DNA of 64,000 nucleotides, taken from the NCBI GenBank assembly GCA_002337385.1, contig DDFY01000038.1:4795-68794 (forward strand), given 5' to 3'. The notes beneath the pieces were generated by a model. It was not told where the DNA came from. It did not search any database and saw only the letters and a list, made by a program, of their open reading frames with translations. Both the position numbers and the translations under genes were made by a program. This document shows, in pieces, positions 27,417 through 37,698 of this stretch. This stretch comes from Erythrobacter sp. UBA1916. GTDB lineage: Bacteria; Pseudomonadota; Alphaproteobacteria; Sphingomonadales; Sphingomonadaceae. Position 1 is the stretch's first letter; each line of letters starts with the position of its first letter.

Positions 27417-30400
27417 CTATTCCGCCACCAGCTTTTCGGCCTCGCCCAGATCGACGCTGACCAGCCGCGACACCCCGCGCTCCACCATGGTTACGCCGAA
27501 CAGGCGGTGCATCCGGCTCATGGTCACGGCATTGTGGGTCACGACGAGATAGCGGGTCGCGGTTGCCTGTGTCATCCAGTCGAGCAGGTCGCAAAAGCGG
27601 TCGATATTGGCATCGTCGAGCGGCGCGTCGACCTCGTCGAGCACGCAGATAGGTGCCGGATTGGTTAGGAACAGGCCAAAGATAAGCGCGGTTGCGGTTA
27701 GTGCCTGTTCGCCGCCAGACAAAAGGCTCAGCGATTGCAGCCGCTTGCCCGGCGGTTGTGCGTAGATTTCGAGGCCGGCCTCCAGCACATCATCCGAATC
27801 GATCAGCGCGAGATGAGCCTTGCCGCCTTCGAACAGCCGGGTGAACAGGCGCTGGAAGTGTTCGTTCACCTCCTCGAAGGCGGCGCGCAACCGTTCGCGG
27901 CCTTCGCGGTTGAGGTTGCCGATTGACGCGCGCAGCCGGTTCACGGCCTCGGCCAGTTCAGCTTGTTCTTCGGCGCTGGTGCCGTGCTCGGCCTCGATCC
28001 GCACCAGCTCGTCGGCGGCGACGAGGTTGACCGGGCCGATCCGCTCGCGGCTCGCCACCAGCCGTTCCATCTCCTCGGATTCCAGCCCCGCATTGCGCAC
28101 GGCATCGGCTTCAAACCCAAACTTGCCGGGCAACAGCGGGGGCGGGGACTGGAACCGTTCGCCCGATTGGCGCGCCATCTCTTCGCGGCGGCTTTCCTCG
28201 TTCTCTGCGCGGGCGGCGGCTCCGGCGCGCTGTTCGCGCGCAGCGGCGAGCGCTTCAGTCGCCTCGCGCAAGCGGTTGTCCGCCGCCCGCGCTTGCCCGT
28301 CCGCCGCGCTGACGGCTTCTTCGGCCTTGGCGAGGTCGGCAGCAAGCCGTTCGCGCACCAACTCGCCGCTCTCGATCTCGCGAATCAGCCCAGCGGGCTT
28401 GGCCGCGACCACGGCGCGCTCCTCGGCGATTTCCTCGAACCGCGCTTCCATCCCCGCGAGCCGCTGTGCGGCGTCGCCAGCGCGGGTTTGCCAGCTCTTC
28501 ATGTCGCCGCGCTGCGAGGACACCCGCTCGCGCCCCACGGCCAGCGCCTGATCGTGCGCGGCAAGGGCGGCGAGGGCGGCTTGCTGTGCCTCGCGCGCGG
28601 CCTCGTTTGTCGCCCGCGCGCTTTCGAGCGCCGCGCGTCCTTCTGCCGGATCGGGCAACGCGCTGAGCCGCGCTTTCGCTGATCCCACCTCGGCCTCGGC
28701 CTGGGCGAGACGTTCGGCGAGGTCGTCGCCCGTTTCGGCCAGCTCGGCCCTGCGCGCGGCGAGACGTTCACGCCGCGCTTCGGCCTGATCCTGCGCGCGC
28801 AGGGCAGCGCGTTCGGCTTCGGCGGCCTCATTGACCGCGCGTTCCATTGCCACCAGCTCGCGTTGTAGAGTTGCCAGTGCTTGCTGCGTCTCTCCCTGCG
28901 CCGCTTCTGCGCGCTCTGCGGCATCGCGTAGCGAGGGAACCTGTGCATCGAGTTCGGCAAAGCGGTTGTCCGCCTCCAGCCGCGCCGCCTCGGCAGCCCC
29001 TTCGCCGCGTGCAACAAAGCCGTCCCACCGGCGCAGCGCGCCATCGCGGGTGACCAGCCATTCGCCCGGGCTGAGCGCGCGGCCATCGTCGGTCTCGGCA
29101 AAGTGGACCAGCGCCAACCGCGCGGCGAGCTGCTCGGGCACGTCGCCAAGGTGATGGACGATCGACGTGGCGATCGGGGCAGGGGGCTGCGAGCCGCCCC
29201 AGAACCGCCCTTCGACCTTGCCCTCGGGCGCGCCAAGCGGGGCCTTGGCATCGCGCCCCAGCACGGCGGCAAGCGCGCGTTCGTAGCCGGGCTTGGCCGA
29301 GACCCGATCAAGCGCGGCGGGCAGACCCTTGCGGCCTGCCTGCTGCTTCGCCCGGGCCTCGCGGTCGCGCTTGAGGGCTTGCCATTCGCGCTCGACGCCA
29401 GCCAGTTCGGCCTTGGCCGATGACACCGCTGAAGCAGCCTCGTCGCGCGCCTTCGCCAGCTCGTCCTTGCGCGCCTGGGCGGTGGTCAGCGCCTCGCGCC
29501 GTTGCACCAGCGCCGTGCCAGCTTCTTCGGCGCGTGCCTTCGCCGCGGTCAGCTCGGCCTCGGGATCGCTTTCTCCGGCCAGTGCTGCCCGCTGCTGTTC
29601 GAGCCGCGCCGCTTCGGCCTGCAACCGCTCGACGCGCCCGCGCGCCTGCGCCAGCTCGGATTCGGCCACGCGCCAGTCGGCTTCAACCCCGGCGTTGTCG
29701 GCTGTGGCCTTGGCGAGCGCGAGTTCGGCGGCGCGCCCGGCGCTTTCCGTCCGCTCGACATCGCGTGCAAAAGCGGGGCGACGCTCCTCATCCGCTGCCA
29801 AGGCTTTTTCGCCCGCCGCCAGCTCTGCTTCGAGCCGCTTGAGCGCTTCGGCAGCGTCGCGCGTCATGCGGTCGGCATCGAAGCGGTCCTCCTCCAGCCG
29901 TTGGTGCTGGCGGTCGAGATCCTTGAGGCGCTGTTCGGCGGCTTCGAGCTGGGTCGAAAGCGCAGCCATGCGGTGCCCGTGCGCGCTGGCATCGTCGCGG
30001 CGGTCGGCCAGCTCATCGCGCAGTTCGATGAGCTTTTCAGCCAGTTCGCGCTGCTCTTTCTCAGCTGCTGTCGCTGCGGCCTGTGCTTCGCTCACGCGGG
30101 CGTCGGTGGCCTTGGCTTCCTTGCGCGCGGCCTCGGCGGCGGCAGCGGCATCGCGCCAGCGGGCAAAGAGAACCCGTGCTTCGGCCACGCGGATCTGGTC
30201 GCTGAGTTCACGATAACGCTCGGCCTGCCGGGCCTGACGGCGCAGGCTGGTGATCTGGCTGTCGAGCCCGGCCATCAGGTCGGACAGGCGTTCGAGGTTC
30301 TTCTCGGTGTTGCGCAGCTTGTTCTCGGCATCGCGCCGCCGCACGTGCAGCCCGGCGATCCCTGCCGCTTCTTCCAGCATCATGCGCCGTTCGGCGGGCT

Positions 30401-30839
30401 TGGCGGCGACTACCTGGGCGATCTTGCCTTGCGAGACGAGCGCGGGCGAATGGGCACCGGTGGCGGCATCGGCGAACACGAGCGCCACGTCCTTCGCGCG
30501 CACGTCGCGCCCGTTCACGCGGTAGGCGCTGCCTGCACCGCGCTCGATCCGGCGGGTGACGACCAGCTCTTCGTTCTCATCGTCGCGTGCATCGAGCACG
30601 ACCTCGGCGAAATCACGCGGCGGACGCGCTTCGGTGCCGGCGAAGATGACGTCTTCCATTCCGCCCGAGCGCATCGACTTGGGCGAGTTCTCGCCCATCA
30701 CCCAGCGGATCGCTTCGAGCAGGTTGGACTTGCCGCAACCGTTGGGGCCGACGACGCCCGTCAGCCCCGGTTCGACACGCAATTCGGCAGGCTCGACGAA
30801 GCTCTTGAAACCGCTCAGCCTGAGCTTGCGGATTTCCAT
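27417..30839 (-). CDS. smc: Chromosome partition protein SMC
   Basis: GFKSF, Walker A GPNGCGKS, long coiled coils, LSGGEQ, LDEVDAPLD. Confidence 0.97.
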   Translation of the reverse strand: MEIRKLRLSGFKSFVEPAELRVEPGLTGVVGPNGCGKSNLLEAIRWVMGENSPKSMRSGGMEDVIFAGTEARPPRDFAEVVLDARDDENEELVVTRRIERGAGSAYRVNGRDVRAKDVALVFADAATGAHSPALVSQGKIAQVVAAKPAERRMMLEEAAGIAGLHVRRRDAENKLRNTEKNLERLSDLMAGLDSQITSLRRQARQAERYRELSDQIRVAEARVLFARWRDAAAAAEAARKEAKATDARVSEAQAAATAAEKEQRELAEKLIELRDELADRRDDASAHGHRMAALSTQLEAAEQRLKDLDRQHQRLEEDRFDADRMTRDAAEALKRLEAELAAGEKALAADEERRPAFARDVERTESAGRAAELALAKATADNAGVEADWRVAESELAQARGRVERLQAEAARLEQQRAALAGESDPEAELTAAKARAEEAGTALVQRREALTTAQARKDELAKARDEAASAVSSAKAELAGVEREWQALKRDREARAKQQAGRKGLPAALDRVSAKPGYERALAAVLGRDAKAPLGAPEGKVEGRFWGGSQPPAPIATSIVHHLGDVPEQLAARLALVHFAETDDGRALSPGEWLVTRDGALRRWDGFVARGEGAAEAARLEADNRFAELDAQVPSLRDAAERAEAAQGETQQALATLQRELVAMERAVNEAAEAERAALRAQDQAEARRERLAARRAELAETGDDLAERLAQAEAEVGSAKARLSALPDPAEGRAALESARATNEAAREAQQAALAALAAHDQALAVGRERVSSQRGDMKSWQTRAGDAAQRLAGMEARFEEIAEERAVVAAKPAGLIREIESGELVRERLAADLAKAEEAVSAADGQARAADNRLREATEALAAAREQRAGAAARAENEESRREEMARQSGERFQSPPPLLPGKFGFEADAVRNAGLESEEMERLVASRERIGPVNLVAADELVRIEAEHGTSAEEQAELAEAVNRLRASIGNLNREGRERLRAAFEEVNEHFQRLFTRLFEGGKAHLALIDSDDVLEAGLEIYAQPPGKRLQSLSLLSGGEQALTATALIFGLFLTNPAPICVLDEVDAPLDDANIDRFCDLLDWMTQATATRYLVVTHNAVTMSRMHRLFGVTMVERGVSRLVSVDLGEAEKLVAE

Positions 30840-30863
30840 CCTGCCGCGCCCGCGCCCCCGCGC

Positions 30864-31622
30864 TTACTCGTCGCGGGCGCCGGCGCGTTGCAGGGCCGGT
30901 TCCACGCTTACCCAGTTGCGGTCTTCAAGCATCTGGCCATTGAGGAAGAACGTGGGGGTCGAAGTGACGTTGTCTTCGGTGGCGGCGGCCTGCGTGCTTT
31001 CGGCCAGGGCCTCAACTGCAGCGGCATCGGACAGGCAAGCCTGCGTCTGTTCGGTGCTGATGCCGCGCGCGGCGAAGAAGTCGGTCACCCCGCTGGCCTG
31101 CGCCATGGCGACGTAGCGCTGGTCGTCAGGCAGGTCCATCGCCTGTTGGAGGGCGTCCTGATTGGACTGGAAGCCGGCGAGCACACCTTCGAGGTTGGCC
31201 CAGACCTGATCGGCCAGCGGCACCGCTGCTTCCTTCGGCGCACATTCGAGCATGCGCGTAAGCAGTAGGTCGGCAATGCCGTGGATCAGGAGCGAGCGGA
31301 ACTCGTAGTTGACGCGGCCGCTCTCGATGTAGCGTTCATGCAGCTGGGCCGAACCATCGACCGAAAAGGCGGCGCATGCCGGGCAGGTGAGCGAACCGTA
31401 TTCAAGCAGCTTGATCGGCGCATCGGGATTGCCAACCTTCCAGCCACCCTGTTCGGTGCGCACGACGGTCTGGTTCCAGGTGGTGCCTTCGGGCGGCGCC
31501 ACGGCAGCGACAGGCGCGCCTTCGAGCGCGCTGGCATCGGTCGCCTCTTCGCCGCACGAGGCGAGCGCCAGAGCGAGGGGCAGCGCCAGCGCGGCGCGGA
31601 GAAACATGCTGGGTTTGGTCAT
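30864..31622 (-). CDS. DsbA-like thioredoxin lipoprotein
   Basis: Lipobox LASC, GNPDAP, CPAC, TPTFFLNG. Confidence 0.88.
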   Translation of the reverse strand: MTKPSMFLRAALALPLALALASCGEEATDASALEGAPVAAVAPPEGTTWNQTVVRTEQGGWKVGNPDAPIKLLEYGSLTCPACAAFSVDGSAQLHERYIESGRVNYEFRSLLIHGIADLLLTRMLECAPKEAAVPLADQVWANLEGVLAGFQSNQDALQQAMDLPDDQRYVAMAQASGVTDFFAARGISTEQTQACLSDAAAVEALAESTQAAATEDNVTSTPTFFLNGQMLEDRNWVSVEPALQRAGARDE

Positions 31623-31655
31623 CGAATTGGGTTCCCGTTTCGGATGAGGAAAAGA

Positions 31656-31683
31656 AGGCTAGTGCCCGGGGCTGGGCTGTCAA
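31656..31683 (-). promoter_or_regulatory. Sigma70-type promoter for dsbA-smc
   Basis: Minus strand TTGACA-N16-TAGCCT. Confidence 0.55.
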
Positions 31684-31750
31684 ATGGCTAGAGTGCGCAT
31701 AGCCGCGCGGCAACGCCGTTTTGCACAGGGTTGCCCACAGGCGTGGTTAC

Positions 31751-32434
31751 TTAGAGATGGTCGGGTGAGAGCTCGGGCTTGAGCCCCTGCCACGAGTGAA
31801 CATTGTCAAGCAGCGTGCCGTTCACCACGAAGCTCGGGGTGCCGGGATAGGGGTAGTCGGTGTAGTCGGCCGACGAATTGTTCGCGATTGCGGCCGCGTG
31901 CTGTTCGTCGGCGAGGCAAGCATCGATCTCGGCACTGGTATAGCCGCGTGCTTCCATCATCGGGTAAAAGCCGAGGTCGGTGGCGATCGCCTTCATCCGC
32001 TCGCCGAGAGCGCCGCTCTGCCAGCTAGCCTGCTGCTCGGGCGTGAGATCGCGGGCCTTGGCGAGCCATTCGTCCTGAGTGGCGAAGAAGGCCTCGTGGT
32101 TGCCGAGGAAACGGTCGGCCGGCCCGCAGGTGGTGAGCATTGTTGCAGCCAGGTCGACAATGTTGCGAAGAGCCGAGCGCACTTCGACCGCCGTGCTGCC
32201 TTTGTCGATGTAGGACGACTTCAGCTCCGCTTCGGCGTCCTGCTCGAACGTCTTGCAGTGCGAGCAGGTGTAGCTGACGAAGGTGATAAGCTGCACCGGA
32301 GCATCGGGGTTGCCGATCAGATAGCCGCGCTCGGTAGGGGTGACCTGTGCGGACCAGTCCTGCGCCGCAGCGGGCGCGCTTGCCACCATGGCACCGGCCA
32401 CTATCATTGGTGCAATCAGAGCATGTCTTATCAC
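31751..32434 (-). CDS. DsbA-like thioredoxin, periplasmic
   Basis: Signal peptide, GNPDAP, CSHC, TPSFVVNG. Confidence 0.87.
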   Translation of the reverse strand: MIRHALIAPMIVAGAMVASAPAAAQDWSAQVTPTERGYLIGNPDAPVQLITFVSYTCSHCKTFEQDAEAELKSSYIDKGSTAVEVRSALRNIVDLAATMLTTCGPADRFLGNHEAFFATQDEWLAKARDLTPEQQASWQSGALGERMKAIATDLGFYPMMEARGYTSAEIDACLADEQHAAAIANNSSADYTDYPYPGTPSFVVNGTLLDNVHSWQGLKPELSPDHL

Positions 32435-32991
32435 TATGTCTCGTCCTCTTCCGATCCAAAGCCTCGCGCTAACGATTCGAGCACCGTGCGCAATTCCGGG
32501 TCGCCAATATCGCGCAGGCTGTCGCCCAATTCCATAGGAATCGGTTTCAGCGAGGGCGGACCACCCTTCGCGGCTTGAGCAGAATGTGACTGAACGCTTC
32601 CTTGCCGCATCTTCACCCGCGCCACCGCGCGATAGCCGAAGAACCGGTTCACCCGCTCAATAATCTCGGGGATGACGTGCTGGATCAGCGGTGCATGGCC
32701 CGGTGCAACCACCAGGTTGAGCATGCCCTCGGCCTTCTCGCCGGGCGGAAACCGGATGCTTTCGGGCGCGCAGACCTTGGCGTGATGTTCGCCCACGATC
32801 TCGTTCCAGCGCGTGACCACCGAGCTTTGCACGAAGCCGAAGCGCCGGAATGCAGCGCGTCCGATCTGCGGCACAAGGTCCGACACCTGCCGCGGTGGGC
32901 CGCCACGCGGGCGCTGATAGGCGCGCGGTGTCTGCTTCTTGCCGCTTTTCCCCGACACTTTGCGGGGTTTGGGAGGATCGTCACGTTCCAT
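32434..32991 (-). CDS. DciA/DUF721 family protein
   Basis: RWNEIVG, IIERVNRFFGY.AV; conserved position between mutY and dsbA. Confidence 0.82.
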   Translation of the reverse strand: MERDDPPKPRKVSGKSGKKQTPRAYQRPRGGPPRQVSDLVPQIGRAAFRRFGFVQSSVVTRWNEIVGEHHAKVCAPESIRFPPGEKAEGMLNLVVAPGHAPLIQHVIPEIIERVNRFFGYRAVARVKMRQGSVQSHSAQAAKGGPPSLKPIPMELGDSLRDIGDPELRTVLESLARGFGSEEDET

Positions 32992-33014
32992 GATTGCGCC
33001 GCTCATGCCATAGC

Positions 33015-34049
33015 ATGCCAATGCGCGATAGGGCTGCCGACCTCCTTCTCGACTGGTATGACCGCCACGCCCGCGAACTGCCGTGGCGGGCGCGCCCGGG
33101 TGCGCCGCTGCCTGATCCCTATCACGTGTGGCTGTCCGAGGTGATGCTGCAGCAGACCACGGTCGCTGCCGTCATTCCCTATTTCGAGAAGTTCACCACC
33201 CGCTGGCCCGATGTCGCCGCGCTTGCCGCCGCGCCGGAGGAGGAGGTGATGGCCGCCTGGGCGGGGCTGGGGTATTATTCGCGGGCGCGCAATCTGGTGA
33301 AGGCCGCGCGCGAGGTGTCGCAGGCTGGCAGCTTTCCCACCACCGAGGCCGAACTGCGCAAGTTGCCGGGGCTGGGCGACTATACCGCCGCTGCCGTTGC
33401 CGCGATCGCCTTCGAACGCCGCGCGCTCGTGATCGACGCCAATGTCGAGCGGGTGGTGGCGCGGCTGTTCGCCATCGAGGAGCCTTTGCCCGGCGCGAAG
33501 AAAGCGATCCGCGCCGCGCTCGACACGATCACGCCGGAGCGGCGCGCGGGCGACTTTGCACAGGCCATGATGGACCTTGGCAGCTCGCTATGCCGCGCGC
33601 GCGATGCGCAGTGCCTGCTGTGCCCGTGGCAGGAGATCTGTGAAGCGCGCGAAGCTGGCGATCCCACGCGGTTGCCCGTGAAGGCTGCGAAGAAGGCCAA
33701 GCCGACGCGCTCCGGCACCGCCTTCTGGATCGAGCGCGAGGGCGCGGTGTGGCTGGTCAAGCGACCGGGCAAGGGCATGCTCGGCGGGATGCGCGCACTG
33801 CCCGATGACGGCTGGTCGGCGCGCGGTGACGGTTCGGGCGTGGCGCCGCTGGCTGGTGCGTGGCGCGCAGGCGGGCTGGTGCGGCATAGCTTCACCCACT
33901 TCCATCTCGAAATGGGACTTGCTGTTCACGCGGGTGACGAACCAGCACCAGAGGGAGACGGCGAATGGTGGCCGCTCCACCGGATTGACGAGGCAGGTCT
34001 GCCCACGCTGTTCGCGAAGGCCGCCGCGCTGGCTTTGGCCGAGCGCTAG
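33015..34049 (+). CDS. mutY: A/G-specific adenine glycosylase
   Basis: WLSEVMLQQT, WAGLGYYSRARN, HhH LPGLG.YTA, C-x6-C-x2-C-x5-C. Confidence 0.96.
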   Translation: MPMRDRAADLLLDWYDRHARELPWRARPGAPLPDPYHVWLSEVMLQQTTVAAVIPYFEKFTTRWPDVAALAAAPEEEVMAAWAGLGYYSRARNLVKAAREVSQAGSFPTTEAELRKLPGLGDYTAAAVAAIAFERRALVIDANVERVVARLFAIEEPLPGAKKAIRAALDTITPERRAGDFAQAMMDLGSSLCRARDAQCLLCPWQEICEAREAGDPTRLPVKAAKKAKPTRSGTAFWIEREGAVWLVKRPGKGMLGGMRALPDDGWSARGDGSGVAPLAGAWRAGGLVRHSFTHFHLEMGLAVHAGDEPAPEGDGEWWPLHRIDEAGLPTLFAKAAALALAER

Positions 34050-34267
34050 ATTACGCCGCCGCCCAGCGCCAGTCGGATAACCGCCACAATAAAGATGATC
34101 AGGCAGAAGTTGCGCCCGCCATTGCTGCTCGACAGCGCGCCGAAAGCAATTCCGATCACCACCAGAGGCAGCGCAACCCAGTTGCCCCAGCCCAGCAGCG
34201 GAATCTGCGAGGGAATGACGATGACCAGCGATACGAGGCCGATCAGGATCGAAAGCACATTGAACAT
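34046..34267 (-). CDS. Small hydrophobic membrane protein (73 aa)
   Basis: Three hydrophobic segments; fills the gap between mutY and the hydrolase. Confidence 0.7.
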   Translation of the reverse strand: MFNVLSILIGLVSLVIVIPSQIPLLGWGNWVALPLVVIGIAFGALSSSNGGRNFCLIIFIVAVIRLALGGGVI

Positions 34268-34384
34268 GTGTCTTACATAGGCAACACACATGCGCCAATC
34301 AAGCACCATGGCTTTCGCGCTTGCTGCCTGCCTTGGCCAGCCTTACCTACCCGGCAAATCTCTGCTTGCGAAAGGAGCTCCGCA

Positions 34385-35707
34385 ATGGTCGCGTCAGCCA
34401 CACAGTTCGATTTTTCCCGCCGCTCGCTGTTGCGTGGCGGTGCCATGCTGGGGGCGGGCGCGCTTGCCGGAGGGCTGCCCCTGGGGCAGGCGGCCTTTGC
34501 GCAGGACGCCAGCGCGCAATGGCCGCGCGTGGCCCGCTTTCTAAGCGACTTCGTGGACACCGGAAAGGTCTCCAATGCGGTCGTCGCGCTCGGCTGGGGG
34601 CAGAGCTTGCCAGAATACATGGGCAAGGGCGACACGACCTTCACCAGCGGTATTCGTGCCAATGCCGACAGCCTCTATCGCATCTACTCGATGACCAAGC
34701 CGATCACTGGCATGGCCGCGATCATGCTGATCGACGACGGCCTTCTCTCGCTCGACCAGCCTCTGGCCGAGATCCTGCCGGCCTTTGCCAATATGCAGGT
34801 GCAGAAGGTCTACGACGGGCCGATCACTGCTGACAATCTCGAACCCGCGGTGCGCCCGATCACGATCCGCCACCTGCTCACGCACACCTCTGGCCTTGGC
34901 TATTCGATCGTGCAGCAGGGGCCGTTGGCGCAGGCCTATGCCGAGAACGGGTTGAATCCAGGGCAAGTGTCGCGGCTGGAGGTTCCGGGCGGTCTCAACT
35001 CGCCGCCTGCGCCCAGCCTCGAAGTGTTCGCCGACGCATTGGCGCAGATGCCGCTGGTCTATCAACCGGGCACGCACTGGTCCTATTCGGTCGGGCTCGA
35101 CTTGATGGGCCGGGTGATCGAAGTGGTCAGCGGCAAGAGCTTCGACGCTTTCCTGCAGGAACGCATCTTCGATCCGTGCGACATGTCGAGCACCTGGTTC
35201 CAGGTACCCGAAAGCCAGAAGGAGCGGCTCACCGCCAACTACTTCCTGCTCGACGGCGAGCCGCTGGCGATCGATCTGCCCGACAATTCGATCTATCTCG
35301 ACAAGCCAGCCTTCCCGTTCGGCGGAGCGGGGCTGGTCTCCTCGCCGCGTGACTATGACCGGTTCCTGATGATGCTCGCCGGATATGGCGAGATCGAGGG
35401 CCAGCGGGTGATGAGCGAGCCTGCCGTGCGGCTCGCCACCAGCAACCTGTTTCCCGATACGCTCGCGCCCGATGGCGGCTTTTCGAGCGGCGGCCGCGCC
35501 TTCGGCTTCGGTGCTGGCGGATTGGTCGGCATGGGCGATACAGCGGGCCTGTTCGGCTGGTACGGCGCGGCGGGGACGGCGGGTCTGGTCAACATGAACA
35601 TGGGGCTGCGGCAGACGTTCATGACGCAATATATGCCTGCGGACCAAGCCATGCAGGACGCCTTCCCGCTGGCGGTGGCAGCAGATGCGGCGGCCATGAC
35701 GCAATGA
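34385..35707 (+). CDS. Serine hydrolase (beta-lactamase/esterase family) with Tat signal
   Basis: SRRSLL Tat motif, SMTK, HLLTHTSG, WSYS. Confidence 0.9.
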   Translation: MVASATQFDFSRRSLLRGGAMLGAGALAGGLPLGQAAFAQDASAQWPRVARFLSDFVDTGKVSNAVVALGWGQSLPEYMGKGDTTFTSGIRANADSLYRIYSMTKPITGMAAIMLIDDGLLSLDQPLAEILPAFANMQVQKVYDGPITADNLEPAVRPITIRHLLTHTSGLGYSIVQQGPLAQAYAENGLNPGQVSRLEVPGGLNSPPAPSLEVFADALAQMPLVYQPGTHWSYSVGLDLMGRVIEVVSGKSFDAFLQERIFDPCDMSSTWFQVPESQKERLTANYFLLDGEPLAIDLPDNSIYLDKPAFPFGGAGLVSSPRDYDRFLMMLAGYGEIEGQRVMSEPAVRLATSNLFPDTLAPDGGFSSGGRAFGFGAGGLVGMGDTAGLFGWYGAAGTAGLVNMNMGLRQTFMTQYMPADQAMQDAFPLAVAADAAAMTQ

Positions 35708-36585
35708 CCATCGCCTTTTGCGAGCATGGCCTCAACCGTGACGACCATGCCCGCGCCAATCCTGCCCGGTTGGCCGAACTGCGCCTCTCGCCGCTGGCAC
35801 GCTTGCTGGCGATGGAGGGGCTGAACCCGGTGCTTGGAAGCGACAACGCGCTCACCTGGGGCGATGCCTCTGGCCTGACCGAAGTGAGCGAGGTCGTGTT
35901 TCTCGGGCTCGATGGCGAAGCGCCTTTGTTCGCTCCCATTCCTGCCGCGGGCGACACCCGGCCAGCCTATGAGCAGCGGCCCGCGTGGGACGCGCTGTCG
36001 CTGTTGCCGCCGCGCGATCTGGCCATCTACGGCGGTGCACGCAGTCTGGTCGATTGGCACGCGCGGCACCGTTTCTGCGCCAATTGCGGCGGTCCGACGC
36101 AGATTGCCAAGGGCGGCTGGCAGCGCAATTGCGACGCCTGCGGGGCACAGCACTTCCCGCGCACCGACCCGGTTGCGATCATGCTGGTAGAGCATGAAGG
36201 TGATCTCTTGCTGGGGCGCGGAACCCGCTTTCCTGAGCGGCGCTATTCGGCGCTGGCGGGCTTTATCGAGCCTGGCGAAAGCGTCGAACAGGGCGTGGCG
36301 CGCGAGGTGCTGGAGGAGGTCGGCGTCGTTGTGAGCGATGTTGGCTACATTGCCAGCCAGCCATGGCCGTTCCCGAGCCAGCTCATGCTCGGCTGCCATG
36401 GCACGGCGCAGGGGCGCGAGCTTACCATCGACGAGACCGAAATTGCCGATGCGCGCTGGTTCACCCGCGCCGAAGTGGCCACGGCGATGGACGCGCAGGT
36501 GCCGGGCGAGGACAAGTCTTTCCTTCCGCCGCCGCCCACGGCTATTGCATGGCATCTTCTCAACTGGTGGCTGGAGCGAGGCTGA
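35704..36585 (+). CDS. nudC: NAD(+) diphosphatase / NAD-cap decapping enzyme
   Basis: Zn ribbon FCANCG..CDACG, Nudix box, SQPWPFPSQLM. Confidence 0.95.
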   Translation: MTIAFCEHGLNRDDHARANPARLAELRLSPLARLLAMEGLNPVLGSDNALTWGDASGLTEVSEVVFLGLDGEAPLFAPIPAAGDTRPAYEQRPAWDALSLLPPRDLAIYGGARSLVDWHARHRFCANCGGPTQIAKGGWQRNCDACGAQHFPRTDPVAIMLVEHEGDLLLGRGTRFPERRYSALAGFIEPGESVEQGVAREVLEEVGVVVSDVGYIASQPWPFPSQLMLGCHGTAQGRELTIDETEIADARWFTRAEVATAMDAQVPGEDKSFLPPPPTAIAWHLLNWWLERG

Positions 36586-37265
36586 TGGCAGACGAGATAA
36601 CGGTTGATGTGTGGTCCGACGTGGTCTGCCCGTGGTGCGCCATTGGCACTGCGCAGTTCCTCAGCGCGGTCGAGAGCCTGAAGGGCGAGGTCGATGTCAC
36701 GATCCGCTTCATGCCCTTTGAGCTGAACCCCGACATGGCTCCCGAAGGCCACAACCAGATCGACCTGCTCGCCAAGGCCTACAACAAGAGCCCGGCCGAC
36801 GTCCTGCAAATGCGCCGCCATGTCGAACAGGCGGGTGAAGAGGCGGGCTTTCCGATGACATGGCAGGGCGAGGGCGATGAGCCGGTGCTGATGGTCTGGA
36901 ACAGCCACGACGCGCACAAGCTGCTGCGCTGGGCGCTGACCGTGGCCGAACCGGCGCGGCAGGTGGCGCTCAAGCAGGCGCTGTTCCGCGCCTATTTTCA
37001 GCTGCGTCAGAACATTTCGGATCGCGCGGTGCTGCTCGATCTGGCCGAAGCTGAGGGCTTTGACCGGGCCGCTGCCAGCGAGGCGCTTGACGATCCGGCG
37101 CTTTCGGAACCGGTGCGGATGGAAGAGCGGCGCGCGGCCGAAAACCAGATCACCTCGGTTCCGACCATGGTGGTGGCAGGCAAATATATCCTTCAGGGTG
37201 CCGCTCCGCCCGAGCAATATGCTCAGGCGCTGGTGAAGATCGCCAGCATGGAGGCCATGGCCTGA
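36585..37265 (+). CDS. DsbA family oxidoreductase (FrnE-like)
   Basis: SDVVCPWC, PFELNP, VPT. Confidence 0.88.
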   Translation: MADEITVDVWSDVVCPWCAIGTAQFLSAVESLKGEVDVTIRFMPFELNPDMAPEGHNQIDLLAKAYNKSPADVLQMRRHVEQAGEEAGFPMTWQGEGDEPVLMVWNSHDAHKLLRWALTVAEPARQVALKQALFRAYFQLRQNISDRAVLLDLAEAEGFDRAAASEALDDPALSEPVRMEERRAAENQITSVPTMVVAGKYILQGAAPPEQYAQALVKIASMEAMA

Positions 37266-37278
37266 GCGAAGGCTGGCG

Positions 37279-37674
37279 CTAAACCAGCCCCAGCTTGCTC
37301 AGTTCGCTCACCAGCTTGCCGGGCAGTACGTCGCCGGCAACCTCGCCCTCGATGAGATCCTTCGGCGCGTCTTCATCGGCGAGATAGCGCCAGCCCTGAT
37401 GCGCGCGCTTGGCCTTGGGGTGGACGAGATGGAGCCGGTTTTCGAGCACGATGTCCCAGTGCCCGTCGGGCCGCTCCTCGAAACCGAGAATGGCGGAGCG
37501 GGCGACCATGGCGCGGTCGTAAATCCAGTAGAGCGAGCCGCCCTTCATTTCCTCGTGTCGCTTGGGCAGATAGCGGGTGCGCAGGCGCTTGTCGGGGCTT
37601 TGCCCGTCAAACCAGCTTTCCAGATCACGCATGGATGTGGCGCGATAGGCGATCTTGGTCATGTGCAGCGGCAT
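37279..37674 (-). CDS. DUF1489 family protein
   Basis: MPLHMTK, PKR..E..GGSLYW, HQGWRYL. Confidence 0.82.
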   Translation of the reverse strand: MPLHMTKIAYRATSMRDLESWFDGQSPDKRLRTRYLPKRHEEMKGGSLYWIYDRAMVARSAILGFEERPDGHWDIVLENRLHLVHPKAKRAHQGWRYLADEDAPKDLIEGEVAGDVLPGKLVSELSKLGLV

Positions 37675-37698
37675 GGGAGAGAAGATAGGGCGGGTGTG

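Noticed and set aside
27417-30839. SMC as part of a Wadjet/MksBEF defence system
   Set aside because: It is a canonical housekeeping SMC in the usual dciA-dsbA-smc context, with no jet/mks partner genes
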